A stretch of 64,000 bases of DNA, taken from the NCBI GenBank assembly GCA_036172245.1, contig JAYWIR010000031.1, forward strand, positions 372,001 through 436,000, written 5' to 3'. Positions 35,780-47,841 of this stretch are shown piece by piece. The notes under the pieces are model-generated. The model did not search any database. It saw nothing but the letters and a program-made list of their open reading frames with translations, and had not been told where the DNA came from. Source of the DNA: Raillietiella orientalis. Lineage: Eukaryota. How positions within the stretch are numbered: position 1 is the stretch's first letter; each line of letters starts with the position of its first letter. A program made the position numbers and the translations under genes.

Positions 35780-36420
35780 GTCCCTTTTTTTTTTTGTCTC
35801 CAGAGAAGAATTTCTCTAATGCTGTTTGACTCTGAGGACTTTTTTCGATGTTTTCCTAACAAATTATCATCAAACAAGTTGATCTTCTTGGTAACCACTG
35901 TATTATCAGAGTGTCAATTTTCCACAATGGCTTGTGCTCTGGACCAAACAGAGAGCAATGCTTCAAGGTCGGAACTGAAAATGCATCCCTTGACGCCCTC
36001 CTCTTGCAAGAAAATTTCTTCTCCCACTTCTTTTTGTTGTTGATCGTGGAGATGTTGAAGTCGTTCTGTGCCGAGTTCGGTATGGTGGTCAGGAATTAAT
36101 CTCCTGTGCATCCTCACCTGGAATCCCATTGCTCTACTTATACACAAAATTTCATTTTCGATAGACTCTTCTTCAGAACTCTCTATTTCTCTGAAGGAAA
36201 TGCGATCTGACCAGAATATTTTCCAAGCAAAAAATTCCACTGCTTCCATGCCATATTGATGATCCTTAAGCAGTGAAGGATGCTGTAATGCTCCTTACGA
36301 AATTCCTTAAGAGTGAGTTCTGAGTCACTGGTTATTTTCCAAGCATCTTTAAAACATGGTCTTAGTGAACAGTTTTTTCAAGTTTGAAATTTCTTACGCG
36401 GTCACGCCGGGACGTTTATT
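35780..36420 (-). mobile_element. Decayed L1/Tx1 LINE linker fragment
   Basis: HPSLLKDHQY (W.LN.SLL.D..Y) followed by purine-rich degenerate coding sequence. Confidence 0.4.
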
Positions 36421-36679
36421 GACATAAACCAGCTGGAAACAGTTGTTTCCAGCCAAAGACTACAGAAAACCAGCAACGGAGATACACCACTGGCACGCAG
36501 GCCAGGAAAACGGAAGGTCCTGAACGGATGGGGGAGGAGGGGAATACAAACAAAAAGAAAAGCCTAAACGGGAGGAATGAGCCAGGGAACTTTGGTGACG
36601 CTCCGCAGTCACCGGAAAAGACAAAGAGTAAAAGCACCAAAAGCACTACGGAGCGAATGGGAAGTGGGGCGCGAGAACA

Positions 36680-38122
36680 AAAGTTTGAAATGGCTTGCTG
36701 GTCCATGAGCTGTAAGAGAGAAGTGGTATTGACCAGCAAAAACTTCATGTTGATCAAACTAGATTCACCCACTGAATGTTGTTCTAAAATCGGGGGATGA
36801 GAAGGAGCGTTGTCCCTCACTCGAAGAACTTTGAAGAGAAGGTTTGTTTCAGTGAAGCACTCGCCGCAGGAGGAAATTCTTCATGAATCCACTCGGTGGA
36901 AAACTGTCGGTTAACTCACGCCTTCGGGTAGGCCGTCCACGAAACTTCCAAGCTGCTCTTCACAACACTGCTCTTTCCAAACGTGCGTGGATTTTTAAAA
37001 TGGCGAACGAGCAATGGCTCTATCTTGCAAGGCCCACTAGCTTTACCACAGAGAGACAAGGTGAACGCATCTTTCATCTTGGTTTTTGCCCCTGTGCCCT
37101 CTTTTCTTCTTTTGTAATATAGGTCCTCCTGGGCATTCCTTTCCATATAAGACCTGTTTGATCACGATTGCAATCTTGTTGAGGTGCAAATCCTTTACTG
37201 TATAGAAACTCCTTAAATCATCTTGCAAAATAGTTGGCTTCCTCAAAGTTGGCCCTCGCAGCTTCGCAATGCATCACTGCGCTGCTGATCCTTTTTGGAA
37301 TTGATCGAATGAGCCTGCACTTCGTTTAAGCTCCTCACTTTCAGTACCGGTTTCAAGTGTGCGTTTCTTGAGTTCACCATGCAGATGCTGGGCTTCCTCA
37401 CATCTGATTCTCTCGGTGATGATGTCACCAGCTATTCTCTTCTCATGTGTCCACACCAAAAGGAATTTTTCCATCTCTTCAATAACGTGTGACTTCCTCG
37501 AGGTCAAGCGTGTCGCACCTTCAGCCACAACCCTTGCTCTTGTTGCACCCTTGTTCTTGGGAATGTTTATCTTATCGTTGGCTTTGGCATTTTAAACATT
37601 GCCAAACAGTTTGAAATTAACATGTACCACTTTCTTCTTTCACGGTGATTTTTTTTTCCATTCCAATTGCCGACTCTGCAACCTTTCTTCCACGTGTCGT
37701 TCTTTCGGATGCCATGGTTAATGAAGAAAAAGATATCGAAAATCAAGGGAAGCGTGCATCACACGTACGTCTTACGCAATCCCCGTGGTGCGTAGTGCAA
37801 GGGGAGATGAACACTGCAGTGGGAAGTGGGGAAGGTATGGCAAAGGTACATTGCATCATCTCTATGTACGTAGGCGGGGGATTGCAGCCCGTGTTCACTT
37901 GGCCTCACTTGCAGGCAGATGCAACGCGTCTACGCCGTACCACCAGCGCTTGCCACTGCTGTGTGCATGCATATAAGTGACATACGTTATGTAATTTGTT
38001 TCCCATGCCAATTTGTGTCAACATCCAGAATCCGAACCATAGTTCGAGCTCCGGATCCAATCTTAGCGTTGGAGCTCTGCAAGGCTCGAAGTTGGAAGCG
38101 TTCGAAGGAGGAGGCACCACTG
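36680..38122 (-). mobile_element. Tigger/pogo DNA transposon, 3'-truncated, transposase 37715-36680 decayed
   Basis: EEMEKFLLVWTHEK (HTH CENP-B), GLIWKGMPRRTYITKEEK, KIEPLLVRHFKNPR, DNAPSHP, NTTSLLQLMDQQAISNF (DDE_1); terminal CAGTGGTGCCTC on the minus strand ending at 38122 next to TA (38123-38124). Confidence 0.92.
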
Positions 38123-38124
38123 TA

Positions 38125-38750
38125 TCATATTCTTTTCCTAGACCATCAACAGTTGACTCGAATTGCTCCTGGCAACCAGTTATTGTGAAGCACGCATAAG
38201 AAACCAAGTTTATACCTTCAAAGTGAACAACATTTGGCATTTCCTTACTCACCTAGAGAACTCACTTTCCACCCGTTATACAACACAATAGAGAAATATT
38301 TTTTGGTCATCTTTAAAGCGTCGCTGCTGTTGGAAAGAGGAGAGACTTCCTTAGGCACCTTCTTCCGTGTCTGGAACGACGGGTTCCCTGATTGGGTTCA
38401 CGAGAATGACGCTTCAGTAAATGAATGGAAAAACGATAAGTGTTTGACCACCTCCAACATCTATGCGTTATTTCTGATGCTTGCATTCACATAACTCGTT
38501 GCAGGAAAACTCTGCACTATACTTCACAGTTTTGTGTCCACTTGGGTCACCTTTCGCTCTTCTGCACTCCTTGGCTTTCGTATGGAGAGAGAAGATTGTC
38601 TGCATTCTGCGACTGGCTGTCGGTTTCGCTCACGACGTGGGCTGCAGAGATATGACTGGAGCACCGCGTACGCGCAGCTATCATGAATGAGCTGAGAGGC
38701 TGCAACCTGACAACGGACAGAACATGGCGTCCGTGGACGTTCCGTGCATT
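38125..38750 (+). pseudogene. Decayed Argonaute PAZ-L2 fragment, directly adjacent to the Tigger end
   Basis: WQPVIVKH (GLKV.VTH), PRELTFHPLYNTIEKYF (PA.ELTF....TV..YF), LLGFRMERE (FG..I..E). Confidence 0.45.
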
Positions 38751-39319
38751 GATACTTCGAAAAGGATTCCAAAGACAAAATGCTTGAGAAGCAGCGGAAA
38801 AGAAGGAAGAGGAGAAGGAAGAAAACACGTTAGTAACAATAGTGGGCGAGGTGCACCTAATGAAGGAAAGAGAAGAAGGCGGATTTTTTGGCAATCTGGA
38901 AGCAATTATAAACCCTCTGATTGAAGATCAACTAAAGGAAGACACGAAAAATGAGCAACTACAGTCTACTTACATCGACTGCAAAGAGTGGCGTGATTCC
39001 GCGTTTCCTGTGGGTGGTCATCACCCAGACACGGTTGGTGAGGAGAGCGAAAGAGAACAACCACTGGACGCTGCGAGCAAAATCGAAACAATTCGAAGCA
39101 TCGGGGAACCCAGAGGTAGAAAAAGGAAAATGGATATGGAAACGGAACTATTCTTTCAAGTTCAGGAAAGGGGGAATTCATCTTCATAAGTGAAAAGGGG
39201 TACTTCATTCCAAGCTGAATGGGGTCACGCCTCGCTAGGAGGACCTGCATGAGGCATATCAGCGTAGGAAAACGAACATTCAAGAAATGCTCAAAGTAAG
39301 AACAGGAAAAATGAAAGGA

Positions 39320-39740
39320 AAGAAGGCAAGCATTGATCTGAACGACAAATCCTCAATCCAGAAATTGCACAATATGAACAGAAGAAGAGCAATTCGAGGT
39401 CAGTAGGACCACATTTGGAAGTTGGTGGTTGAGATGGTAGAAGTGCATTTGGAAAAGAAATTCGCAAGTGGAACACACATCCGACAGAGAGCTTTCCTAG
39501 AAGATACCTCTGAGAAGAAGGGTGGCAGCATCTCCAAAACACTTATCTCCAGTTACCCAAGAGGACGAAGCGACGATACTGTGGAGTGCCGAAAACCACT
39601 CCTCTGCAGAAGATGGATGCTGGAAGAAGTGTAGATCCAGAGGAAGAGCTGCTAACCAAAATGCTTCACATTTTGGAAGAATTTCGTCGAGTTCCAGAAG
39701 CCTGGAGAACAACAGTAAACCAACTCGGAAATCAGGGAAA
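39320..39740 (+). mobile_element. NeSL/Utopia-like RT N-terminal fragment
   Basis: IQKLHNMNRRRAIR and SVDPEEELLTKMLHILEEFRRVPEAWRTTV; homologous to ~43090-43480. Confidence 0.7.
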
Positions 39741-39824
39741 ATCCTACTTAGCTCCGCTTCCATCCGGCAAGGAATATGGCCGTGTCTGCCGATGGGACTG
39801 GAGCAGGGCAGACAGAGACAGGTC

Positions 39825-40500
39825 GTGATGGGTGCAAGGAGGGTGCTTCGTTACGTGCACGTCAGCGCTGTCACCTTCAGCGCTCCAACTTACCCGCGCT
39901 GCTGCAGTCTTCGAAGGTGAGGCGTAGCAACTGAGATTTGTTCTCACGAAAGGAAGCTGTGCTGACGTGTAGTCGGCTAACCCGCGTACTTCCTCGAGAG
40001 AATCGCAACCCGAAGTATCGTACCGCTTCGCAATCCATTGCGAAACACAATTGCTTGCATTGCTTGTGAATGGGGAACCTACTACGGGATTCCGAAATCA
40101 ATCAGGAAGTGACTCGTATCCCTGTGAATCCGGGACTCGGGATTCGCTTCGGAAGCCAACCCGAAAGCGATTTTGATCCTTTGCGATTCCGAAACACACG
40201 CTATCGTACCCCAAAGGAATTTTCGAAGTGTTTCGGTATCATCAACTTGAATAGAAAGTTGGGCAGCAAAGCGTATCCACAAGGAAAGCCAAGCAGCAGT
40301 AGGATGGATGCAACTTTTTCAAGAACTTGTCAAACTGTGTGGTGCAGATGTGTTCACAGATAGTGATCAATGGCTTGTACACGTCTTTCAGGTTGAGCCA
40401 CATCTATCCTTGAATTGTGCTGAGCTGCAATTGGCCACAAGCAAATGCCGCTGCGTTTCATGGAGGCGAACCTCCCGAAAGTCAGAATAGGCCAAACCCA
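39825..40500 (+). pseudogene. Decayed Argonaute L2-MID-PIWI start
   Basis: ARRVL, IINLNRKLGSK (LKIN.KLGG), CGADVFTD (GADVxH catalytic-Asp motif), SLN. Confidence 0.55.
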
Positions 40501-40539
40501 TCGCACATTTTGACTGCAAACCAAGGAGGGCATGAGTTG

Positions 40540-41480
40540 CTAGTAAGGAGCTGCAGGAACCGGTGCTTTTAAGGAATGGAATAAAGATGCTGAAGAAAGC
40601 AAGGCCTTGAACAAAAAGGTCAAATCACGGAGAAGCATGGCTTGCTTCCCATTTTGCAAGCAGAAGAAAATGATGGAAGATGTGGTCCTGTCCTCATTGC
40701 GAAGGAACAGAGAAACGAAAGCAGAGGGGTCTGGCAAAATGCAAGAAATAAACACAAGCAGCATTTCAGAGTTGTTTCATGGCTGCTTGCTAGGCTCACT
40801 GCATATCTTCGATGGCGGAGAAGCAGTGAAGTCTCCAGGTATACATGACGCAGGAGCAGGTTGCGCAGTGTTTGGGACGAGGGGAAGGAAGGAATAAAGT
40901 TTACGAAAATGCTGTCTTGTCTTTGGCTATCCTGCAGGATAAATTTCCCAGCTTGCGTACATGAACAGGGTTCTCACACCAAACGGAACGCTGCATCCTT
41001 GTGCAGATGTTGCACGGCGCCACCAGTCGAGACGTTGGATAGGCCGGGAAGGATCCAAATGTCTTGCGTTCCTGTTGACTCGTGTAAGACACTTTTCCTG
41101 TACTCGAATCTTCGGAGAGAGCGAACGCACTGCAAACATAAAGGATTTCCTCGAGAAACGTGAATGGAAATTTTGCAGTCATCTCATCGTCCCTTTTTGT
41201 GGGAAAACCGTTTCTTTTTTTTGTCTCAGGATAAACAAAAACGGAAGAATATTCGGAGGGAATCGGAAGAATCAGCAAAAGGAGGTGCTTCCCAATTGCA
41301 GGGGTGCCACACGGATTACCCCTTGTGGTTTTGCGGAATGTATCGCGATGCCAGAAACGGAATGCTTCATCCTTTCCGTGGAAATGGATACGCAGGAAAG
41401 TTGCTCCCTGGTGTTTTCTAATGCGGTGTGTCAATGAGACCCCAGCAAAAGGCTGATCTTTGCATTCTGAAATCGGTGGT
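40540..41480 (+). pseudogene. Decayed Argonaute N/L1-PAZ-L2 fragment
   Basis: IFGESERTANIKDFLEKREWKFCSHLIVP (PAZ TV.DYF.KRY..L.YP.LP) with weaker flanking L1 and L2 remnants. Confidence 0.4.
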
Positions 41481-42959
41481 CTCACAGAACGACAAACAAG
41501 CCGGATCGGTTGCTGAGTACCTCCTTGGTCGCGTCCTGCGGCAGGAAACTTTTCTTGCACCTTCTCGGTGATTTCAGAACTTTGTTATGCGGAATCGGCT
41601 CCATGTTTGGAGCCAAGCGCCTTCCTTGTCCATGTGTTTCGAAGAAAATCACACAGAAGCGGAACTTTCTAATGCAGGCTCTCCTGGATTGTGAATTACC
41701 TTCATACCCAAGTGTCCTTCTTTTGCAATGTGATTCGTTTATTTTTTTCATTGGATTTTATTGCACACCGTGGAATTTACCACGAGGAAAGAAATTATCC
41801 AATGGAAAATTAAAATTCGCTTCCGCATAGGCGCACTGTGGATGAGTTTCTCATCTGTTCCTACCTCAGCTGAAATCCACTCCTCTTTGTCTTTACAGCC
41901 ACTTCCATTTCTGAAAGTCAGACTTTCTGTAGAATCCTCCACTTCACAGGCACATCATTTCAAATGTTGTATTTGCAATCAACGAGCTACGTCCAAAATG
42001 CTTCTCATGATTCACGTGTCCATTCTGGAACGAATTCGAGAATTCCCCATGAAAGGATCGCGTGTTGCTGATGGAAGCTCCTTTTCTTGACGGAGGGAAG
42101 CAGATGAAAAAGGAATTTAGGCGGAACGCAGTGATCAGTTTGAAAGCATAAATTCCAGGTTCTCGCTTTCCGATGGATACAGAACTAAAGAAAGGAAAGA
42201 CGTTCAACTTTGAGAAAGTGTGATGATGCTCATTATAGTCGAATCCATTCCATCAATTGGGTTTCTCTGCTAATCGAATGGTGAAATTCGCGAAAGAATA
42301 GAAAATTAGCGCCCACATGCATTTTGCAGAGGTACATAATGTGGTTCAGCTACACACGCGGGCAAAAGTTCTTCTTTAGCTGTTCCTTCTTCAGCAGCGT
42401 GCGGTGGTTGCGAATCGGATCGTTTCTTGGACAAAGATGACGGGGATGAAGATGAATGTTTGATATGCGTTGGAGGAGCATCGCCTTGCAGAACTAATGA
42501 TGAACAGATGCAGTGGAGAAACCAAGTTCTACGTACCATAGAGTGAAGTGGACAGAGTGGAGTACGAGGAACAGGCTCAAGAGAAAACGAAAACGAGCAC
42601 TGTTTGGAAAGTGCTGTCCAAACCTAGCAGGTTTAGGCCCATTTCCTCATTTGGTGTCTCGCATCTCGAACTCTGAAAGGTTATTGTGAATCGGTGCACA
42701 TGGGTGTCCTCTTGCTTGCAGTCCTGCCACTCACCACTGTGCGTCCAGGTGACGACGTGCTGTTCCTTTTCTCCCCAATACGGATTTTCACTTCCTTTCC
42801 TTTCGGAGCACGCACGCGGCCATCATGTCTGGAGGATGGATGCGAAGTGCCCATACCATTCTGCGAGGGACTGCCCTTGAGGGATCTTCCGGTGGGAATT
42901 CCCATCGTAGAAACAGGAATGCTTTCCCCTGGGTATTTTGATGTCAAGTGCGTAGAGAG

Positions 42960-45748
42960 CTAGACGAGACGACTGCCACAAAATTCTCAGCTTCAGCAAC
43001 GAAAATGTAACATCACCAGTAAAAATCATCCTAAAAGTGAAAGAGCCGAAACCGTTCAAGAGGAAATTCGTGATAAAGCCTCTAAATAAAGAAGCTATTG
43101 CAAATTTATACAACATGAATAGAAGGAGCGAGATAAGAACGATAGTAGAACAGAAAAATGCCATGTGCTCACACGACACCCAAAAAGTAGAGGACTACTT
43201 TCATCAGGAACTGGAAATTCCCAAAACAGCGAACAAAGAACTGGTGGAAAACATTATTAGAAAGAAAAGAAGAGACCTCTCCTGTGAATATGACTCTTTT
43301 CTCCACTAAGTAGGTGGCCAATCTCCTGAGGGAAGCAGAAAACTCCAGCCCAGGAACGGATGGAATCACATGCACAGGATGGAGAAAAGTGGTTCCCAGC
43401 TGCGAAGGGGATATTCAACATATCATTGAGAACGAAGAACACAATATCCACCTGGAAGTGCACAAAAACCGTTCTGCTCCCGAAGCCAGGAAATACACTT
43501 CAGGAAATGGCAGACTAGTGACCGATCTCCATTGGCAACAGCATCCATGGAGTGTACGCGAAATACCTTCCAAGAATTAAAGAATGGCTTATAACCATTG
43601 AGATTATTTGCCTCCAGCAGAAAAGTTTCGTGCTATTTGATGTAGTGCTCGATCAAAACCTCATCCTACAGACACGTTTGGATCAAGCGAGAAGATATCG
43701 CAAAGGCCTGGGACAAGTCTTCATTGATCTTACAAACGCATTTGGAAATACCTCGCGCTAGTTTCTGCTAGGAACTCTTAAGGAAACAGGAGTAGGTGAG
43801 CAGTTCGTTACGCTCATTCAAGACCTATATGAACACAGCACGACGTTGATCCAAGTGGAGTCGGGGTCACAAGACTACGAAAACTACGAAGAGGAGTCAA
43901 GCAAGGATGCCCGCTGAGGTCCTCGGTCTTCATATGGTCCTTAGAGCCGGTAATTAGAACATTCAAAGAATCTCACGGTGAAGACAGGCCTGCGCAGATG
44001 ACCTGGTGATCCTTGCGGACACCGAAGAAGAATTCAAAAAGCGAATATGTCACATGGAATCAATATCAGAAAGAATCGGACTCACCATCAACCCCACAAA
44101 GTGCACAACACAATTCTACCGAGGGGAAACGCCAAAAGGCTTGAAGCAAATGGAGACTCAGCTCAAGAAGGGTCTCATTGCGAACACGGAACCTCCGGAA
44201 GCCTACAAGTACCTTGGAAAGCCATTCGGAATCGAGATCTTCAACAAGCAAACAACCAAAGAAGACATCCTTACAAAAGCAGAAAATTTTTTATCATCCG
44301 AACTGTCACCGTGGCAGAAGTTGGATGCGCTTAAAGTATTTTTCTTCCCTAGCCTCATCCACTTCGAGAGGCTAGGGATGGACCCGGAATCGGATTGGAA
44401 ATATCCAGACATCAAGATAAGACTGCTAGTAAAGGAAATACTTCGTCTTCCTCCGCAAACGAACACATTTACGGTGACCGGAAAAAAGGTTGCCTTGGGT
44501 TCTTGAGGCTATCCGATGCAGCTGACAACTTCATCGTGAATAGCTGTTGCAAGCTTTGAACATCGCCACACAAAATTGTAAGAAGTCTCGCCGGAGAATC
44601 TTTGCGTGAAGCGTAGCGAAGAAAATACTCCAACCACCCACAGACGAAGAAACCGGTCGATTTCTTTCAGGAGGATGCAACGGGAAGTTTGAAAGAAGCA
44701 GCGGTAGACATCAAGAGCTTGTAGACTACTGCCAAGCAAGCTTCCAAGCGCACCAAGGCCATATTAGATTTCAAAGATGGTGGACCGAAAGTGCAAATTC
44801 ATGGAGTGGTGTTAGATAGTACGGCTAGGAAGAAATTCGCGGCCAACTTCCGAACAATCCAACGAAATAAGATGTGGCTTTCCGTGATAAAAATCATCGG
44901 AACCAAGGGAAAGCTATTAACTGCGTTGGACTACACAAGGATTGCAGCGACTTCTTCACTTCAGATGACCGCCTTCTATTCGTGGGTTGTCGCTTCATGC
45001 ACGCCACAAAGCTGTCCTGCCAATTAGAGAAGCAGCAAGAAGATTACCACCCGATCGCCTGTGCCGAAGATCCAACTCTCGGGAAGAAACATTACCGCAC
45101 ACATGAAATCGTTGCGTCGAGCATTTCCCGATGTACATCTCTCGACATAATGCTATCGTGCTGAGACTGCAAGCAGCCGCCACAAAGGTAGGAGGATGCA
45201 AGCTCATATCAGCGGACCAAAGGGAGCCTGGAGTGGACTCCCGGTTAAAGCCAAATCTCATCTTTGAAAAGTGCGGAAAGTGAAATGTAGTGGACGTCAT
45301 TTGCCCATTCTAAGGCAAGGGAAACGCTGAAGCACCACAAAAGAAAGAGGAAAAATAGGAAAATTTGATCCAAAGCAATAGCCAGACCGACAGAACAGCC
45401 ATCATGCAGGTCTCCATCGTAGGAGCTTTAGGATCGTGGGATGCCAAAAATGTTGCTTTTCTGAGACTACTAGGAATAAAAGGAAATGGCGCCAGAGAGT
45501 TACGAAAATTGGCCATATCGTGCCGCATCAGGGAAAGTAGGGACATCCACTTGACGCACAGACTGGGGCATGAACCCGACGATGCAAGCGACCCCATCCA
45601 ATACATAATAAAGGACAACCCAAGATCCAGTCCATTGTCAAATCAACAGCAAATCATCAATCATAAAGGAAAAAAAGAAAGAGCCAGCGAGAATGATTCT
45701 GCAGATGTAACAATGATGAATTCAAGAAACAAAAATTGCAAGTTTTGA
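42960..45748 (+). mobile_element. R2-group (NeSL/Utopia-like) non-LTR retrotransposon, decayed RT plus REL
   Basis: IANLYNMNRR, SSPGTDGIT, FIDLTNAFG, GVKQGCPL, ADDLVILA, YKYLG, SELSPWQKLDALKVFFFP, LKPNLI...VDVICPF, IVGALGSWD; a C2H2-like CCIC...H remnant at ~41960-42015 may be its N-terminal zinc finger. Confidence 0.92.
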
Positions 45749-45899
45749 AGATTTTCTGATCGCTCCAGATACTTCGTCCCTGTCCCTCCTTTCTCTGACA
45801 GTCAACACAGGAGCTTAGATTGACCCGAGGCTTGGATTCCTTTCAAAGTATTCTCCGCAGCAGTGGTTCTACCTCTTTGCTCGTCCGTCCGTCTCCAGA

Positions 45900-47060
45900 G
45901 CAGAAGTTCGCTCCAAAAAGCACCTTGGAAGGAGGACTCCGTTCCACGGGTTTGCCCTCTGCATCATGGAGAGGTCGAGTAGGGCGTTCTTCACAGCACC
46001 TTTTCTCGTTTTCTCCAGGATTTGCTTTCATACCTGTTGCCAAGACAAGGCGTCGCCGACGTGGATTAGCAGGTACTTGATCTTGCCCTCTGTTCGGAAT
46101 CTCTCCTTCCGTAACACGGAGAGGTCCAGGATTCTGATGGGCAATAGCACGGAGTTCATCAAACCTGGGCCTCTTTTCAAGAAAGCATGTTGATCCCTTT
46201 CGTCTTTCAAGGGAAAGAGCAGATCGTCTGCATACGGCCCGTGCGTCAGTCTGTCGTCGTGAAAACGTATTAAATGGAGGCGACCGCCGCTGTGGACCAG
46301 CGACGAAGCCGCCTTCATGTACACCATGAACAGCATCCGAATGAGGTCGTATCCTTGTCGGTTTCCCTTTTCCATCACGATGACGGCCATGTCTTGCCAA
46401 TTGATGATCGTCTTGAAGAACTGTTTCTTGATATTCTTCTCCACGTGGTCGTAAAAATATTCCGGAAAGCCCAGTTCCCTCAGGACCTCAGGACCTGTCT
46501 CTTCTGTTGATTCCTTGCATACTTCATACCTTCTTCCTCTCTGTATTTGAATTTTTCGCTCTCCTTCTCTGAAGCAGTGAGCTTTCTTCTGAAGAGCGAA
46601 CTAGTTTTGGGGAGCTTCTCCGAACTTTTCTAACAAGTCAGCGTGACCTCTCCAACTAAAACCACAAGGATTCAGAAGAAACGGAGAAGGGATGCAGAGC
46701 TTTATCCTCCGGGTATGACAACTTGCAAGGGTGTAAGGGAATATCAACGTCGCATGACTCGATTCTGTTCTAAAGCAATTTCTAGAGTTCAGCAGTGCGC
46801 AGAGCATTCGTTCGAGTGACCGAGGCCACGTGTTGACTGAAGAACATAAGCTAAGGAATCAGTGGGGGGGTTGCATTGACCATAGAGTTCAGACCTCTAT
46901 GAGAGCATCAATATCGGCATCGCTATTATCAAGCTATTATCAGTTGTCGTCCAGGCAGGGAAGAACCTGCAGGTAGAGTAAATCCTGGACTCCTGCTTTG
47001 GGTTATACCATTGCAAGGAACGAGTTCATCTCAAAGAAATCATCACAGCACAAAGGAGGG
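45900..47060 (-). mobile_element. Decayed Tx1/L1-clade LINE RT fragment
   Basis: KGNRQGYDL..LF, PYADDLLF, IKYL in ORF 46028-46444. Confidence 0.8.
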
Positions 47061-47109
47061 TATGGAAGGTTGGCTCCAGGACTTCTTCGGTTATTTTTAA
47101 TTATATGCA

Positions 47110-47600
47110 TTGCTGCTGACGTGCACAGACTCTCTTGTGAGGCAGTCTTTTTTTTTTATGTGGCGCAAGAAACTTATCGACTCCTTCCCTCCCCACCCCA
47201 TTCGTCGAATTTCGAAAGCAGTCAAAACTCTGCTCCTGAAGTTTCCGATCCTCACTGAATCTGTCTATGTTTCTGATCTCGTTCGAAACTGCGATTCTTT
47301 CGAAGTTCCTCTCTTCGCATTCATCCTGAAGGATCCTGTTGCGTACCAAGGGGTGCACCCCCCTCCCCCTATTCGGACGGAATGCAGCAACGCAACTGCG
47401 TCCCAAAACTAAGCTCCATAGCTTTCGTGTGATTTACCGTATCCGCAGAGCAATGTGTGACACTTTCGCTGATTTCGTGCACACTTCGTACATTCGAGAC
47501 GATAGCTGCTTTGGAACAAAGCTATCATAAGATCATGAAGCTGCTCGACCAGTCCTTCCGCAGCACTCAATGAAGCTGATGGCATGGGAGTCATCATTTA
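47110..47600 (-). pseudogene. Probable decayed Argonaute N/L1 fragment
   Basis: IGGGGCTPWY (LGGGREVWFG) followed by RNIDRFS...SFDCF (LNIDVS...V.DF). Confidence 0.4.
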
Positions 47601-47841
47601 TTCTCAGTCCAACTAAGTAAATGGCAAAGAAAACAAATGAATTTGATGTTTTTTTTTCCATAACTGAAAAACTAAAATAAAATACAGCAGCAAGTGCAAA
47701 TCATATAGAAACGGAACTTCTTGCATTACGTATTGAAGAAGAATCGTCCTCGTGAGCGTACATTCCAAATTTAATGCTTATTTCATGAATTTTTCATTTT
47801 AATTGCTAGTGAATATGCAGCACGTGAGGTGAGCAATTCGC

